Of a stretch of 64,000 bases of DNA, positions 27,338 to 42,061 are shown one piece after another. The stretch lies in NCBI RefSeq assembly GCF_009914755.1, contig NC_060929.1. The stretch is one strand, 5' to 3'. A program made the translations under genes and the position numbers. Within the stretch, counting starts at the first letter, position 1; each line of letters begins with the position of its first letter. The notes beneath the pieces were generated by a model. It ran no database searches. It worked only from the letters and a program-made list of their open reading frames with translations, and was not told the origin of the DNA. The stretch comes from the human T2T-CHM13v2.0 reference genome, Homo sapiens.

Positions 27338-28439
27338 TTTAGCATTTACCCACAATAAGTAAGCCCACAAATAATTTTCTGGATTATTTTTGTTATTTTG
27401 GAAAGCATATGTGACAATATTGATGGTACGATACAAATACAGGCATATACTTGCTTGCTTTAACTTGACTGTATAATGGATGGCCCAGTTATAGTTTCCT
27501 GAAAGAGCAGTGTTGCCTTCTATGATACATATTATAATTGTTATATTTTATATAATGTTCCAGGGTTGAAATATTATTATATCAAGGAAACATCAAAATT
27601 TATAACAAAGATAATTAATTCAAACTAGAATCTGAACCAAAAGTTGTTTGCCAGATATTAATGCCCAAGACTAGATATCAGTTATATTCACTAGCTCCAA
27701 AGAGAGGAAGGCACTGACTTATGTGTCTTTTCCACCCTTATGCAGTCATTAAATGCAAGCAATAAACATGAATATGCACAAAAGCACATATCAGCATTAG
27801 CAATCAAATTAGTGCCACTTGCATTTATAGCAGATTTTTAAATGCCTTGAATCATATTAGAAACATAAAGAAGAACATTCTACACTGGCCTGAATGTCCC
27901 TTCAGGATATACAAAGCTTAAATGGAATTCCTCTGATGAAGCAGACTAGAATTTGACTAGATCTGTAATGCTGACACAAACCATATTGAAATGGAGTTGA
28001 CCTATAGTTCCTCATACTCAAATGCTCCTACTGAGAAAGTGTGAATTCTAGCATGCAATTTTGATATCAAAAGTTTTAAGGTCAAGAAAAAAAGATATAA
28101 AAATGAATTCTAAGCTTTTACACTTGAAGAGTCAAACAGAATGTATTAATTTTTGAAGCAATGTTTTTGTGAATATAAGTTTCTACTTCATTGACTAAAA
28201 TTCTATTTCCTAAAGTGAGCACTGTCAAGAGATTGTCTTCAGACATAAATTCCCTTAAAATAAATTAAACAAGATCTTTTTCAATATTCTCAAAATAGTG
28301 AAAGAGCAAGTGAAGGCAAGATACATAGTCAAGTCTTACAAAAATTTGGAGACAGGTGGGTGGGGTGGGGAAGAGGGATATGTTATTGTGAATCCAAATT
28401 TGAAGCAAGGGAAAAATGGTTTTCAACTATCAAGAATGT

Positions 28440-28877
28440 GTAGGGACTGAGTTAATCTAGGATAGTTTAATGAACACTGGAAGAAACCATGAGGCACCTG
28501 GGTCAGAAACAACGAATGTTTTATTACTCACAGTAATAGCAGTGGTTAGAGTATCAGCATTTTCTGTCCTGATTTCCTCAGCTCCCAGTTCCCCAGATAA
28601 ATGAACAGAAGAGCAGATGATATTTGTACATGCAGTGGGATTCTATGGACAGGAAGCATGTCTGTCTTTTGTTCCGGAAAGTACCAGAACAAATTATCCA
28701 GAGTGAAACTATGTCTATCTTCCAAGGCCATAAACAACCCTTCCATTTGCACACTAGAGTGACAATATCTCTGTTTTCCAAGGATGTTCATTATGCATTC
28801 ATACATATTTCAGAACAGTCCATGCCTCTGCAATACAATCAGAAATGTGAGAGACTGTGGAGAATCGTCTCTCAACA
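28440..28877 (-). mobile_element. ERVL LTR (LTR40-like)
   Basis: Reverse complement starts TGTTGAGAGACGATTCTCCACAGTCTCTCACATTTCTG. Contains CCTTGGAAGATAGACATAG and a minus-strand AATAAA. Confidence 0.7.
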
Positions 28878-30192
28878 CCTCTGAAACTACATTTCATATT
28901 TTCTAAGCTAGGGCCAAGGAAGGTAAACATTTAGCCTTTCATCACTTAGCAAAAGGCAAGAAAACTGGCACTTCAAAAGGCAGGAATGGAAAAATTGTCC
29001 ACAGTTCTCAAGGTATCCTTCAGATATAAGCTAACTATAGCTTCTCTTCATAGTCCCGCTTCTATGACACATAACTACAAGCCCATGTAGCTGTCTCTAT
29101 CCAGAAAATTACTATTTGACACAAACGACACAGTGACTTCTCTATCCTTCTGCTGTAGATTTGAATGTATAAGCATGTTATAGGGGAAAATAAAAGTTTC
29201 AGATCACTCTTGTTCACCTCTCCTGCCAGTTTATCAGCACATTTGAATTAAAGTATAATCCATTCTGCATAAAAGTTAATAAACCACAGCCCCTTCAAAA
29301 ACATAGCAATCTGATTTGACAGGAACAAAAATTTAAAATGCACAAATATGGCTCACTGCATTCAATATGTTTAATATTATTTAACCACTGCAAATAATGT
29401 TGGGCCATTCTTTCTTAAGCTTAACTATGAATTCTGGTTGATATAAAACTTTTAGTTAAACATCCAAAAAAAACACTATCCAATAAAAACATTTAATACC
29501 ATAAGTAATTGTAATTATCATGGAATGATAACTGAAAAATTATTCCCAATTGCACGTGTCATGAAAATCCTACAGAGTCCTGAGTCACAGGCTTTTATTT
29601 GTTATGGTGCCAGAAGTTCCACTATTACCACACACAGGGTTACTAAAGTCTATCATGTTTCACGGGATAGATAACACTAAAACAGCCCATGTTGCATAGG
29701 ATTATACTAAAACTGCCATTGTGAAGAATAATAATAAAAAGCTCTCAAAAACCCAGCAACTATTATGACACGCTTAGGCTATGAAACCCAAGACTAAATA
29801 AAAGACTATTCAAACTTTTGTTTTTGAAATAATCATTGTCTTAAATTTTCTTGTAGATTTATTCGGTTCTAAATGAGTAGAAAGCAAGAAAAAAAGTCTC
29901 AGATTTTATCAGATGCTTTAGGGCACAGATATTTTGTCTACTGGTTAAATGTGTTGATTATATTATTAAAACCTGTGAATATTCATTAAGTTCAGGGTAT
30001 TCAGTTTCCAGACATTTATGATGTCTCACAATAGCACAAACTTCAGAAAATCAGGGAAGACAAGATTTGAATTTTACAGGTGTAGTTTATCAATTTTCAA
30101 AACAGGTCAGGTGTAAAAACCTTACTCGCATGTGATAAAGGGAAGTTGTTAAACTCTGATTTATTAGACAGTGACAAATGCACTTACCATGC

Positions 30193-30481
30193 TTTTGATT
30201 TTTTTGGGGGGGTGGGGGAGATGGAATCTTGCTCTGTCACCCAGGCTAAAGTGCAGTGACACCATCTCAGCTCACCGCAACCTCCGCCTCCTGGGTTCAA
30301 GTGATTCTCCAGCCTGAGCCTCCTGAGTAGCTGGGATTACATTCATGTGCCACCACATCTGGCTTTTTAAAAAAATTTTTTTTTTGTATTTTTAGTAGAG
30401 ACAGGGTTTCACCATGTTGGTCAGGTTGGTCTTGAACTCCTGACCACAAATGATCCACCCGCCTCAGCCTCCCAAATTGCC
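30193..30481 (-). mobile_element. Alu (AluS), ~35 bp 5'-truncated
   Basis: GAGATGGAATCTTGCTCTGTCACCCAGG...TGATCCACCCGCCTCAGCCTCCCAAA. Confidence 0.93.
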
Positions 30482-31549
30482 TGATTGTGTTTATTCAACA
30501 CTAATATAAATAGTTATATTATTTTGTTTTTAATGTGAATTGTGAATATATACCATTTAATATGTTTAAGATTTTAAAAAGAGCAAACTTACTTTACAAA
30601 GAAATTTGGTAAATATGTTGTTAAAATCAGCTTTATGAAATGCCAAATACTATGGATTTGAAGCACCTCTAGCTTACTTACCTATTTTGTCTATAATTAT
30701 CTAAAGTATAGAACATATGAACATATAGTGAAAATGTAATAGTGCTTGGCAAATGTGACAGTGTTACTTTATAGGCTATCTCTACATACATTATTTAACA
30801 TGGCACATTGCATTTGTTTCTACTGTTCCCTGAAACCCTTCTGAAATAACAGTGACACAATTAAAAAGTCAGGAAATCACAAAGACAGTGAGAACAATAG
30901 TAGATAATTGTTAACTAGAATGTTGGACAAATGAAGGGTAGATTGTAACCTACATTTCCAACAGAGAATATTTAAGTGTAACTGCCTGTGGCAGGGTAAA
31001 GACAGATAAATTCTAATAACAAACAAGGCAATTATTGTCACAAAAACCCAGAAATCCTCAGGAATTGGAGGTCCCTGCTATTGGTGAAGGCCAGGATGTA
31101 GGGTTTGGGGGAACATAGGAAGATAAGAAGTCAAAGTGAAATTACGTCTCCTCTCTCAGACTATGCAGACATTAAACTTGCCTCCTTCATTCCTTCAGAG
31201 ATGGGAGGCAGAGCAGAGGGGGTAGACTGGGAACATTTTGTAAAGATTTGGTGGAAATTAACAAACAGTGATGGGAACGTCAGCCCATTTCCCTTATTCA
31301 ACTTCCATATTTGGGAGAGCCAGGCTAAAACTTCCCCAAACCTCCCAAACTACCTTTCACAAAAGCAGGAGATTACAAGATTCTTCTCCAAGTAAGCTGG
31401 CCTAAGAAACAATATGAATGAAATTTGATAGCTTGATCTTCTATGACACAGTCTCATCAGTGAGTAAGCCTTGACCATGAGTGGGAATGTCTAATAACCT
31501 TTAATTTATAATGCTGTTTCTAGTGCCTCATTCTTAAGTGTGAACTAAC

Positions 31550-32350
31550 AGTGAGTCTTTGAGTCTTTCTTTACTCCAAAAGCAACAAAAGAGGCCAGGA
31601 GAAATTAAGAGAGGAAAAAAAAAAATTCATAAAAAACCCTTAGACCATCCAAAGAGTGAAAAATTTCATTTGTATGTGTATGTGGATGATATATGCATTC
31701 CATAGAATATACTATTCCAAAAATAAAGAAGTTATTCTTTCTTTCAGTAGGAATTAGGATTTTTTTTTTTTTAATTAAAAAAGAACAGTCAGAGAACAAG
31801 AATGTACTTTTGGAAATTAAAAAAAAAAATTTCCAGAAACTAAACGTTTATTCAAAAAATTATAATATCCAGTTGAGAAATTCAAAATATAGAAAAATTA
31901 TATAGACTATGAAAATAAAAGAGCAATAAAAAATGCAACATTTAATTTCAGGAAATGAATAGATAAAACAAAGTAGAAGAAAGTATAAAAGACAAAGTAA
32001 TATATTATCCCAGGACCTAAAATATATGAATATGATAACTAAAGGGCCTACAGGTAACCAAACTAATGAAAAAAAAAAGGTTCTCACCAACATAAAAGAA
32101 ACTTAAACATCATGAAATCAAAAGAATGAAGCTGAAGTTTTTGAAGTGGAGAGAAATTATGAATGAAACAGAACCTATTGGTATTTTTAGGAGCATTCCT
32201 AGAAGGTGGAAGTCAGTAAAGCAAAATTTTAAAATTATGTAGGAATGTTATTTCCAAACTACAACTCTGTACTCAGCCATGCTATTTTTCATGAGGGATA
32301 TGAAGGTATTTTCAGTCAAGCAAGTGCCCAAAAAATATACTGGAGTAGAT
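31550..32350 (+). mobile_element. HAL1/L1M ORF1-like remnant
   Basis: AAAAAGAACAGTCAGAGAACAAGAATGTACTTTTGGAAATTAAAAA...ATTTCCAAACTACAACTCTGTACTCAGCCATGCTAT. A similar remnant lies at ~33750-34100. Confidence 0.55.
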
Positions 32351-34399
32351 AAAGAGAAGTACCTCCAAGTATTAAAACAGAGAGAGAAAGAGGAAGAGAC
32401 AGAGAGAAGGGAAGAAAGAGAAACATCTCACTGAATGCAACAGGAGGAATTTTATAGTTTAGATGGAGATTTGAGGACTGAATTCAGCTGAATTCAGATG
32501 TGATGGGCGTATATTAATATAAAGGCAATTATTTACTCCAGGGTGGAGAGGTGAGAGAGAGATGTATGAGAAGAAACCAGAAGGCTCAGTTGTGAAAATG
32601 ATTGCATAAATAAACAATGTTTAAAAATTATTAATATAATGAGAAAATGTGAGTAAAACTAGACAATGTGAGGAGGAAAAGTGTGTGTGTTCAGAGGGGG
32701 TGTGTAAGTTAGAAGATACTTGGCATGAGAGGACAAAATTCTTTCTTTCCATAGTAGGTAATCAATAGGTCACTTCTAAACCTGACCATAAGCAACAGTA
32801 TTATTAACCTACTACTTAGAAAAATATGATATATAGTTGAAGAAATTGCTACAATTTGAAAATGATAATATGAATATTCCATCTTGACCAACAAATGTGA
32901 CAGGGATTGAGGTTGGCATATTTTTTTTTTATTTCTGAATAGAGCTTTCTAACAATATGAGGTCATTTTTACCTTACCAGGATAGCCAGAGTTTTTAACT
33001 AAAACAAATCATCCAAGTATTTAACTGAAAAACATTAATATTAACAAAAGATACCAATAGTTGGGATGAAGTTATATTTATATGATGATATGTATGTCAT
33101 ATTGGATCCAGAAGAGTAAACACACAGGAGGTTGACAAGAGGGTACAGTGATTTCAATCTTTGGAGCAGCTTCTCTGTTTCAAACACTGGAAATGAGTGG
33201 TAAATTATCAAAAGATAAAAGATACAGGCAGAGTCATAAAAAATGATAAACATTTCAGCAGACCAGAACTCAAATCGTCAGGGCTTAGTAATATTATAGA
33301 TGCAAATATCTGTTAGGTGAGTGGCAGCCTGTGAGTCAGTGTGGGGGAAAATAAGCCCTTCAGTCCACCAGTGAACAAGAGCTAGGCTCTCTGTTTAAAT
33401 GGGATGCATAGCATTAAAAGTAAACTAATGACCCAGTAGACATGTAAACCCCTATTTTAAACCACATAATTAAATTTAATGCTAAGAAATATAACCAAAA
33501 ATTGACATTAAGGGTTGAATTAATTTTATAGGAGTTCTCTTATGAGATGCCTAAATGTTAAAGAAGCAGAGAATGAGAAATGAAGAATTCCCTTTTATAA
33601 TAAAAGAAAAAGAAAAAATAAAATATAGATAGGGAAAAATGAAGCAAGGACAAAACAATTCATAAAAAAGGCAATTAGAAAGTGATATGAATATGGCTTT
33701 ATAGTTATTAAAATTTATGTAAAATATTTTATATATGACTGTATAATATATAGATGAATTTAAGAAAATTGTGAAAAATACATTAGAGCTGAAAAAAAGA
33801 AACAATGAATAAAAGCTCTTGGAAATAAAAACAGTGGCCAAAATTTAAAAACTGAATAGGTTATGTATTCTTTCTGGACACACTTACAGAGAGAACTTGA
33901 GAAAAGGAGAAAAAATTAAGAATTCCTCCCCATAAAAAGAAAACTCAAAACAGCAGAACATACAAAGAGATACAGCAACTGAAATACAGCAGGTACATAT
34001 AGAAGATAAATCAAGAGACTCTAATATATGCCAAATAATAATTCGAGAAGAATGGAGAGAAAAGATAATGCAATAGTGATATATTCTGAAGTAAAAACAA
34101 ATGAATCAGCATTAGTTGTAAAAATAAAGAGGCAGAATTATCTAAGTATTGTATGAGAATATGTAAACATTCTTATGCCAATAAATTTGAAAATTAAATT
34201 AAATGAAAAAACTGGAAATAAAATGTGAATTATCAAAATTGATTTGAGGAAGAACAGAAAACTACATTAAAACAATATATATTAGTAAAATTAAAGGGGT
34301 CCTCACAAGTTGCCTCCTCTCACTTTTGACCCTAAAACATCAGGTAAGACAATGATGTGTTGAGGATCCCTTCATTAATACCTCTACAAGAATTAAGAT

Positions 34400-35850
34400 G
34401 GTGTTAAGTGCATCTTACTAGCTGGATAGAACTCTAAGGCCTACTACTAATGTAGCAGTAGAGTCTTTCAAAAACAATTCTGGATTTGTCTTTGGAGGCT
34501 GAGATGGAATATAATCAGAAACAGAAACACCACAAACTTTTTAAAGAAGATAAACTGTTAAAAGCACTGCCATCCTGGGTGAATATGGACTTAAACATTT
34601 CAAACTTAAAAAGGATCAGGACAGATGTTTTACAAGCAGAAAGCAATCTATGAAAATTTCTCAAAATGTTTTCAAAAGGCTTCTTCAGAAGCTTTCAAAG
34701 GGGGTCAAAATCCAAAGAGAACAATAACCTGGGAAGCCATGCTCAGAGAAAATAACAAAGACTTAATAGAGAACATTACTCCTCCACAGAATGGGAAAAT
34801 CTGACATTCGCACAGCAGGATTTCAGAATTGTGAGGGACCATTGACTTGTGTGTTCCTCTTCTTCTTCCCTATTTCAATAGCTGGGTTTATGATAATTAC
34901 TTAGTCTTAGTCACCTGCATTCATGCATTTGTGTGTGGAGGTGGGTCGGGGGGACAGAATTTATCTTTTCAGTTCATGTGTCTGCAACAAAAGGAGCCAT
35001 ATCCAAATAGGACATATCATGAGATCCTAGATTTCAAGCCTGATGCTTGATAATAGTGGATAATACTTATGAAGGTCTTGGTGGAGGCTGAGAATATTTT
35101 GCACATGAAAGGGTTGTGGATAATACTGCTGGAGAAGGAGGGTGGAGGAACTCGCATAGAGGCATTGCATTGGTGACCCTGATTCTGTACCCCACTCAGT
35201 ACTCACATTCTTGACATATATGACTTCACACTTCCTTTCACTGCAAGGGCATTTTCTATTTTCTACAATTTGAGTTTGACTCAGTGACAAGCATTGACTT
35301 TATTTAGCTAACTTTTTCCTTGATTCATTAAGAAAGTGAGTGTTTTGGTATTTTTCACTTGCTGAGTATTTTCTGGTCTCATAGCTTGAAGCAAATTAGT
35401 TACTCAACAAACATTTATTTGTTATTTTACATTTTCATCCCCAATGAGAAATCATTCATGATCTTATTCTCTCTCTATCGGCCTTGAGAGGCTGGAAATG
35501 AGAAATAGTTTTATTTTCCAAACCAGAAAATTCTGACTCTTTTATATTCCCTCTAAATTTGGCTTGCTAAGTTCTGGATTATTTCCTGCATTTATCTCTT
35601 CCTTTCAGTACCTCATTTTCAGCTAGCGAGAACCCCTGACTTTTTATCATCGTGCATGGCAATCTGTTAAGTCAAATTCAAAAGTTTTTAGGTGCTTTTC
35701 TAATTTCTAAGTTATTTTGAGCAACAGTTTTACCAATGTTTCAACACTACATGACACAAACTGTCATTTTCCCACCCCTTTTAGTAGTGTAAATATAATT
35801 TTTCCCACTCTCAAGCTAATGATCATACATTTTAGATTTTTATTAAGGTA
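34400..35850. mobile_element. Degenerate MaLR (MLT1) internal/LTR fragments
   Basis: ATGAGATCCTAGATTTCAAGCCTGATGC...ATATTTTGCACATG resembles the MLT1-int 3' end. A further int-like fragment at ~35460-35850 appears to be on the opposite strand. Confidence 0.45.
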
Positions 35851-36587
35851 GCAGTTTAGTAAAATAAAGAATAACTTTTACACAGTGGTGGCAACACAAA
35901 CAAAACTGAGATTTACATTATATGCCATTCAGATTAATACACAAAATTAATAATATGCTTTTAAGGGTGGAAAATAGAAAGATGACTACCATGTTGCTTC
36001 CGAACAAAACTCAGAAGAGAGAAATGCTGCTTGGCATTTGTATGTTTCTTACAACTATGAAAAAATATTCAGCCTCCCAAAGAAAAACTAAAAGACAATG
36101 AGACTCCATCAAAAGTCAGAGTGTCATGAATAAGAAATTTGATAACTATTAAAAAAGAAGTTATCAAGTTACATATTAGTGATAAGAAATAGAAATTATT
36201 TTATTATAATTGGAGAAAAACATGGCAATGCCAAACATGTAAAATTAGACTTCACAATTTCACTTCTGCTTATTGCACTTAGAGCAACTCTTATACAAAA
36301 TACTCAGAAAAGCAAATGAAAGAATTTTATAGCAATATTGTTTATAAGAAGATAAAAATGAAATCATGTCACTAAATGTCCATCAATAGAATTAATGCTT
36401 TGAATCTCAAATAGAAAATATTAATACATTAACACATTGAATTATTATATCTCAATTAAAGCAGGTATATTTCAAAAATACATTTAAAAAGAGCATGTTA
36501 TGAAACTATATGAATAATGCTAAAAGTTCAAAAACATATAAAACAATATTATGCATTCTTATATATGAGTCTGTCTGTGTTTAGTAA

Positions 36588-36892
<305 letters not shown>

Positions 36893-36959
36893 TAATTTAC
36901 ATTTTATATACATTATTATTTTTAAAAACATTCTCTGCTCTGTTTCTGTTCTAGCGAAT

Positions 36960-37318
36960 CAAGCTTTATCATGGGTGTCTCATTATAAGAGGAGAGTATC
37001 TCTCTACTCCAGTTTATCTTAGGAATGGCATGTGACTTGTTTCAGTCCATGAAAAACTACGGCATATATTATGACTCTTTCAAGGTGAAATTTTAAGAAC
37101 TAGTTTGACATTCTGTATTTACTGTTCTTTCTTTAATGGGACAGGTAATGTCCGAAATAGGACCTGTTATGTCAGCCAGAGACTTAAATTAAACATAATG
37201 TAGAGTAGTAGTTCTATAGCTCACCTATGATTAATTTGCCATGGGAGAAATAAGTTACAAGCTACTTATACTGGTCATTAGTTATCACTGCATAACTTAA
37301 CCTATGCTGTCTAATTAT
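36960..37318 (+). mobile_element. Old MLT1 LTR remnant
   Basis: GGCATGTGACTTGTTTCAGTCCATGAAA...GTTATCACTGCATAACTTAACCTATGCTGTCTAAT. Confidence 0.5.
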
Positions 37319-38624
37319 AATTCATGAGAATGCTTTCTAAAGTATAATTCATGAGAATGCTAAAGAGAAAATTCAAAATAACAGTAACCTCAGTATAAAA
37401 GAAATGAGAAGTATAGGTCAGGGGAATGCACAGAGTGCTTTAGCCTTATCTATGCTATTTTATTAACTGAAACATAATTGGAAAATGATATTACACAATG
37501 TTGATATCTGGTAAGTCTACATGGTGGATATCTGAGCATATTTTATACTTTTTTTATATTTCTGAGTGTTTGAATTATTCTGTAATAAAGCAACTCTTTA
37601 AAAACAAAAATAAAATGCGAAACATGAAACCCTAAGTGGCATCAAATTTTTGAATATTTTTGTCTTCAGTTAACAACTAAGATACCACCTTTTTGATCTG
37701 TTTTGGTGGAAGAAATTATATTTTTGTTCATAAACTAATTACAGTATTAAGTCAATTTTTTATCATCTAAGTAGCACATTAAAATAAAGCAAACTTCATA
37801 GGTGAGATATATGTCATCCCAACTAAGAATGAAATACAACAGTTCACAATTCCCATTTCACAATGAATATTAAAAAATTACAATTACGTGAATATGTGCA
37901 AAAATTAAGTGAATTAAGGCAGTTACAATTTACAGAGACATCTGTTAGGTCTGAAGCCTTTAAGAAAGTATTAAGATTAAAAAGTTGCTTTGATTGTTAT
38001 TGTTGCTATTTTTAATTTTAATATTTAGCTTGTATCCATACCAAGATAACACAGACTGTATTATATCCTATTTTCACAAAAAATTAAACAGTTACCATTT
38101 TCATTTTAGGTAGTATGTAAAAGAAAATTAATGGTTATTTAGTGTCATAATATCTCATATAATTCATCTATAAATTTTCCTAATTTGGAAAAGAGTCAAA
38201 GGTGAGCAATTAAAGCAATATTCTGTTCTACAAATGAAGATTATTATCAGTCTACAAAATTAATCAGATATGGCAGGAAGTATTTTCAGTAGTTAACAAT
38301 GATTAGTCTGTAGTTTACTAGTATTATGAGAATAGAATTGGAATGAATGTTTCTCTGAATCTGTATGCATTTGCATTCCACCTTAATAATGCCTTCAATT
38401 GACTGAAAGCAGCAAAAAAAAATATGCAATTAAGTGTGATAAGTTGAATTTACTCAAACTGGGTCTTAGAAGAGTTTCTAGTGAGATATTGGATTTCACT
38501 GAATATACTGTAATATTCTGGTGTCCATTTTTCATGTCTTAAATTACTTTGTCAGTTAAAATGCAGTGGAGTTAATAGTTTGCAAAATATATATTTTGTC
38601 ACAATTTTCCAATAGATAAAATTA

Positions 38625-38996
38625 TGTATACATTAGGGTGGCTTTGGCCACAAGTAACAGAAAAATCTAGTCTAAGTTAGCTTAAAAGCATAGAGACGTA
38701 AAATATCTCCAAAGGCATGTTTAATTCAGGATGGCTCCCCTCATGGTTGAACACTAGTTGCAATAATCCTAGGCATTTCATCTAGACATTGTCATATCCA
38801 GTGGGAGAAAAGGGACTATCTCTGCAGTGTCTGTTAGAGTACTAACATTTCTCTATAGATCCCTCCTGAGTATATTTGCCCAGAAAATAGTTATGTATTC
38901 AACTGTTAATAGATAATGGAAAGAGAAAAGGAATTACCACAATTGGCTCAGGTTTATAAATTTTACCCCTTATCTGGGCCTAGAGTCACTTTGCCC

Positions 38997-39050
<54 letters not shown>

Positions 39051-39063
39051 CCTGGTGTGCGTG

Positions 39064-39106
<43 letters not shown>

Positions 39107-39382
39107 GTGTGTATATATATATATATATACACACATATATATATATGTTTTCCTGGTATATATATACATATATTTTCCTGGTGTGTATATGTATGTATAA
39201 TAATATATATATTTTTTCCTGGTGTGTGTGTGTGTATATATATACATACACATCCTACACATATATGCATATATACACATCCTGATATGTATATATATAT
39301 CAGGAAAAACTGTGGTTCTGTTTGCAGAAAAGTGGGGGATTGATTGATTGATGTTGGGTCAGTAACCCACAACTTTCTACAT
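38625..39382 (-). mobile_element. Old MaLR LTR (MLT1K/L-like) split by a compound microsatellite
   Basis: GCTTTGGCCACAAGTAACAGAAAA...GGAATTACCACAATTGGCTCAG..., resuming GGTTCTGTTTGCAGAAAAG...GATGTTGGGTCAGTAACC. Confidence 0.6.
39000..39308. repeat. Compound (AT)n/(TG)n microsatellite with four TTTTCCTGG spacers
   Basis: Pure (AT)~24 at 39000-39047. TTTTCCTGG at ~39047, 39148, 39173 and 39214. Ends at CAGGAAAA (39301). Confidence 0.95.
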
Positions 39383-39596
39383 AGAAGAAGCTGTAGAAAG
39401 ATATAAACCAAAAAAAAATAAAAAAAGCAATAACAGCCCCCAACATACACAAAAATGCACCCAGTCACATACACGTGCACACATGTACACCCACATACCC
39501 ACACACAAATTCTCTTTAAACTAACCTGAATTAAAATAGACATACAATATTATTAATTTATTTAGAAATTGACTATTTTGAACCATGATTTACAAT

Positions 39597-40004
39597 GGTA
39601 TCAGCCAGGGTTCTCCAGAAAAACAGAACCAATAGAACACATACATGTAGACATACATATGAAGACCTTAATTTCAAGGAACTGACTTCCATGATTGTGG
39701 GGGCTGGCAAGTCTTAACTATGCAGGGCAGGCTAGCAGGCTAGAAACTCTCAGGCATGAACTGATACTGCAGTCTTGAGGCAGAATTTCTTCTGCCTCAG
39801 GGAAACCTGTTGTGATTTTGAGGCCTGTCAATTGATTAGATGATGCCTACTGATGTTACCCAGAAGCATCTCCTTTACTTACCATCCACTGATTGGAGAT
39901 GTTAACCTTATCTACAAAATACCTCCACAGCAATACCTAGGTTAGTGTGTGAATAACAAGGTAATATAGCCTTGCTAAGTTAACACATAAAACTGACCAT
40001 AACA
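39597..40004 (-). mobile_element. ERVL LTR (MLT2C/D-like)
   Basis: CAGGGTTCTCCAGAAAAACAGAACCAATAG...ATGATTGTGGGGGCTGGCAAGTC...AAGTTAACACATAAAACTGACCATAACA. Confidence 0.85.
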
Positions 40005-40159
40005 TATATGTTTTAAGAATGGTGTTACTTTGATTTTCAACTGATGACAACATGATAATTAGGTAATATATAAATAAATGCCATTATATTCAAAAAAATC
40101 ACTTTGGTAAGATGTATCTAATTTCTGTTGAAAAATTGGTACTGATAAGTTCATTGTAT

Positions 40160-41260
40160 TTTAAAATTATTTAAGTTATGAAATGTTTCATACATACAGA
40201 AGATAATATGCTAAATACCTGTTTACTTATGATCTAGATTTTATAAATGCCATCATTTGTTACAATTTTGACTTTTCATCATTAGTTACATGAAATATTA
40301 TAGGTGAAACTTTCATCACTCATGTTATTTCTCTACTCTTATCCCAGATGAAGCTATTATATTTAGGTTGGTATATTTCATTCATTTTCATGATTTTATA
40401 TATTGTATAAACAATATGTACACAAAACTATACATATATATGAGATGGTAGGATGTGTTTTAATTTATCATGCTATCACAATGTAGACATTTTCATGCAA
40501 TATTTTAAAGTCAACATTAATTCTTTCGTATGTATCCTGTTATATTTACATTTGGTTTATTCATTTTAATAGCTAAACAGTATTCCAATGTATGACTGCA
40601 GGAAACTATTTTTTAAGTTTTTCACGTTTACTTCATTCATTCGTCTGAACTTTGTTTCGGGATACTGTGTGAAATGAAAACTATTGATTCATATATGTCA
40701 CCAAAGGTAACAGTGACATTATTGACTGGACTGAATTAGCCATTCCTCATGGTGTCAGTTCTACTTCTGTCATATATCAAGTTGCTATAGGATTTAGATC
40801 TCCTTCTGAGCTCTTTTATATTTAGTTCTTAAATCCTTCTATAAATATCCTTTGATTGCAGTTACTAAATCTTTATGTCAAATCTAAATATCTGGCAGGC
40901 CAAGGGAACCCCTTTCTATTCCCCATGCAAACTCAATTTTCTTCTTCAAAATTGTTTGTCTGTATTTGGCTTTGTATTCATCCATATGAATTCCTGTATC
41001 AGAATGTCTAATTCTGGAAAGAATCCTACTAGGAATTTGATTCAAATTGCAAATAACTTACAGGTTAATTTGGGGGAGAATTGACATCATTAATACATTC
41101 AGTATCCCAATGGAAATGTAGAGTGTACCTCTATTTTTTTGAACATTTATATATGTCCTAAAATAGATTTTGTTATTTTTCTCTATAAAGTTCTAACAAA
41201 TACTTCTTATTTGTAAGTACCCTACAGGCTTTAAAAATATTATGAATAAGGTTATCAAAT
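40160..41260 (-). mobile_element. Degenerate L1M fragments
   Basis: TTCATTTTAATAGCTAAACAGTATTCCAATGTATG and TTCCATATGAATT...TAATTTGGGGGAGAATTGACATC (antisense L1). Confidence 0.6.
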
Positions 41261-42061
41261 ATTATATTTTTGAAATTTTTTCATAAGTATGATTTTGTGA
41301 TGAAATCTGAGATCAAGATGCTGGCTGATTCCTGTCCTGGTGAGGGATCTTTTCCTGGCCTACAGAGTTGCCTTCTTTCTATGTCCTCATATAGTCCTTC
41401 CTCTAATTGTTGCATAGGGTTCTGCATATTCTTTAAGTAAAGGTTGTTACCTGTGCTTTTCAATTATTCAATTGCATTATTTATTTTTGTCTTCTTATCA
41501 AATGAATATGTTGATCTTTCCCATGTTTTTATAAAGGTCAATTATTCCTCTTGTTTTACATATGTATATGCGTTTTTGTATATATATGTGTATATATATC
41601 TCTCTCTCGCTATATCTGGCGAATACATGGTCAGACTTTTAAAAATTCTTCCTGAAGTGTTTGGAATTATTTTTAATTGATTAATATTTCTGATCAAATA
41701 TTTACAAGTACAAATAACTATAGAGATTTAATAAGCTGAGAGAACACACCATTAAGGAAAGTTTGATATTTTGGAAAAAAGACCAAAAATAACACAGGGT
41801 TTTTTTTTTTTTATTCAAAGCTTATTTATGTTATCAAGGACTCAAGTTTATTTCTCATTTATTGCCATCATCATTTTGCACATCTTGTTGGTTTACATTC
41901 AGTGGAAGAAAGGAAGGACTTCCTCCCCAGTCATACATATTAAAGTTCTTCTTTTGGGTCTAATTCAGAACATAAAACAAAACAAAAAAGCCTGAATCAG
42001 TACCTAGGACAAAAACAGTCCTAGTGAAACTTAGAGCTGTGCTTGCCAAACCATTTATTGT

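Noticed and set aside
32478-32497. Perfect 20-bp palindrome CTGAATTCAGCTGAATTCAG
   Set aside because: Simple tandem duplication of a self-complementary 10-mer, with no supporting context.
39047-39222. Regularly recurring TTTTCCTGG with variable spacers (CRISPR-like look)
   Set aside because: The repeat is only 9 bp, the spacers are microsatellite, the context is eukaryotic and there are no cas genes.
38916-39543. Overlapping ORFs up to 185 aa ([12 protein letters not shown] rich)
   Set aside because: Translations of the TA/TG microsatellite, not coding.
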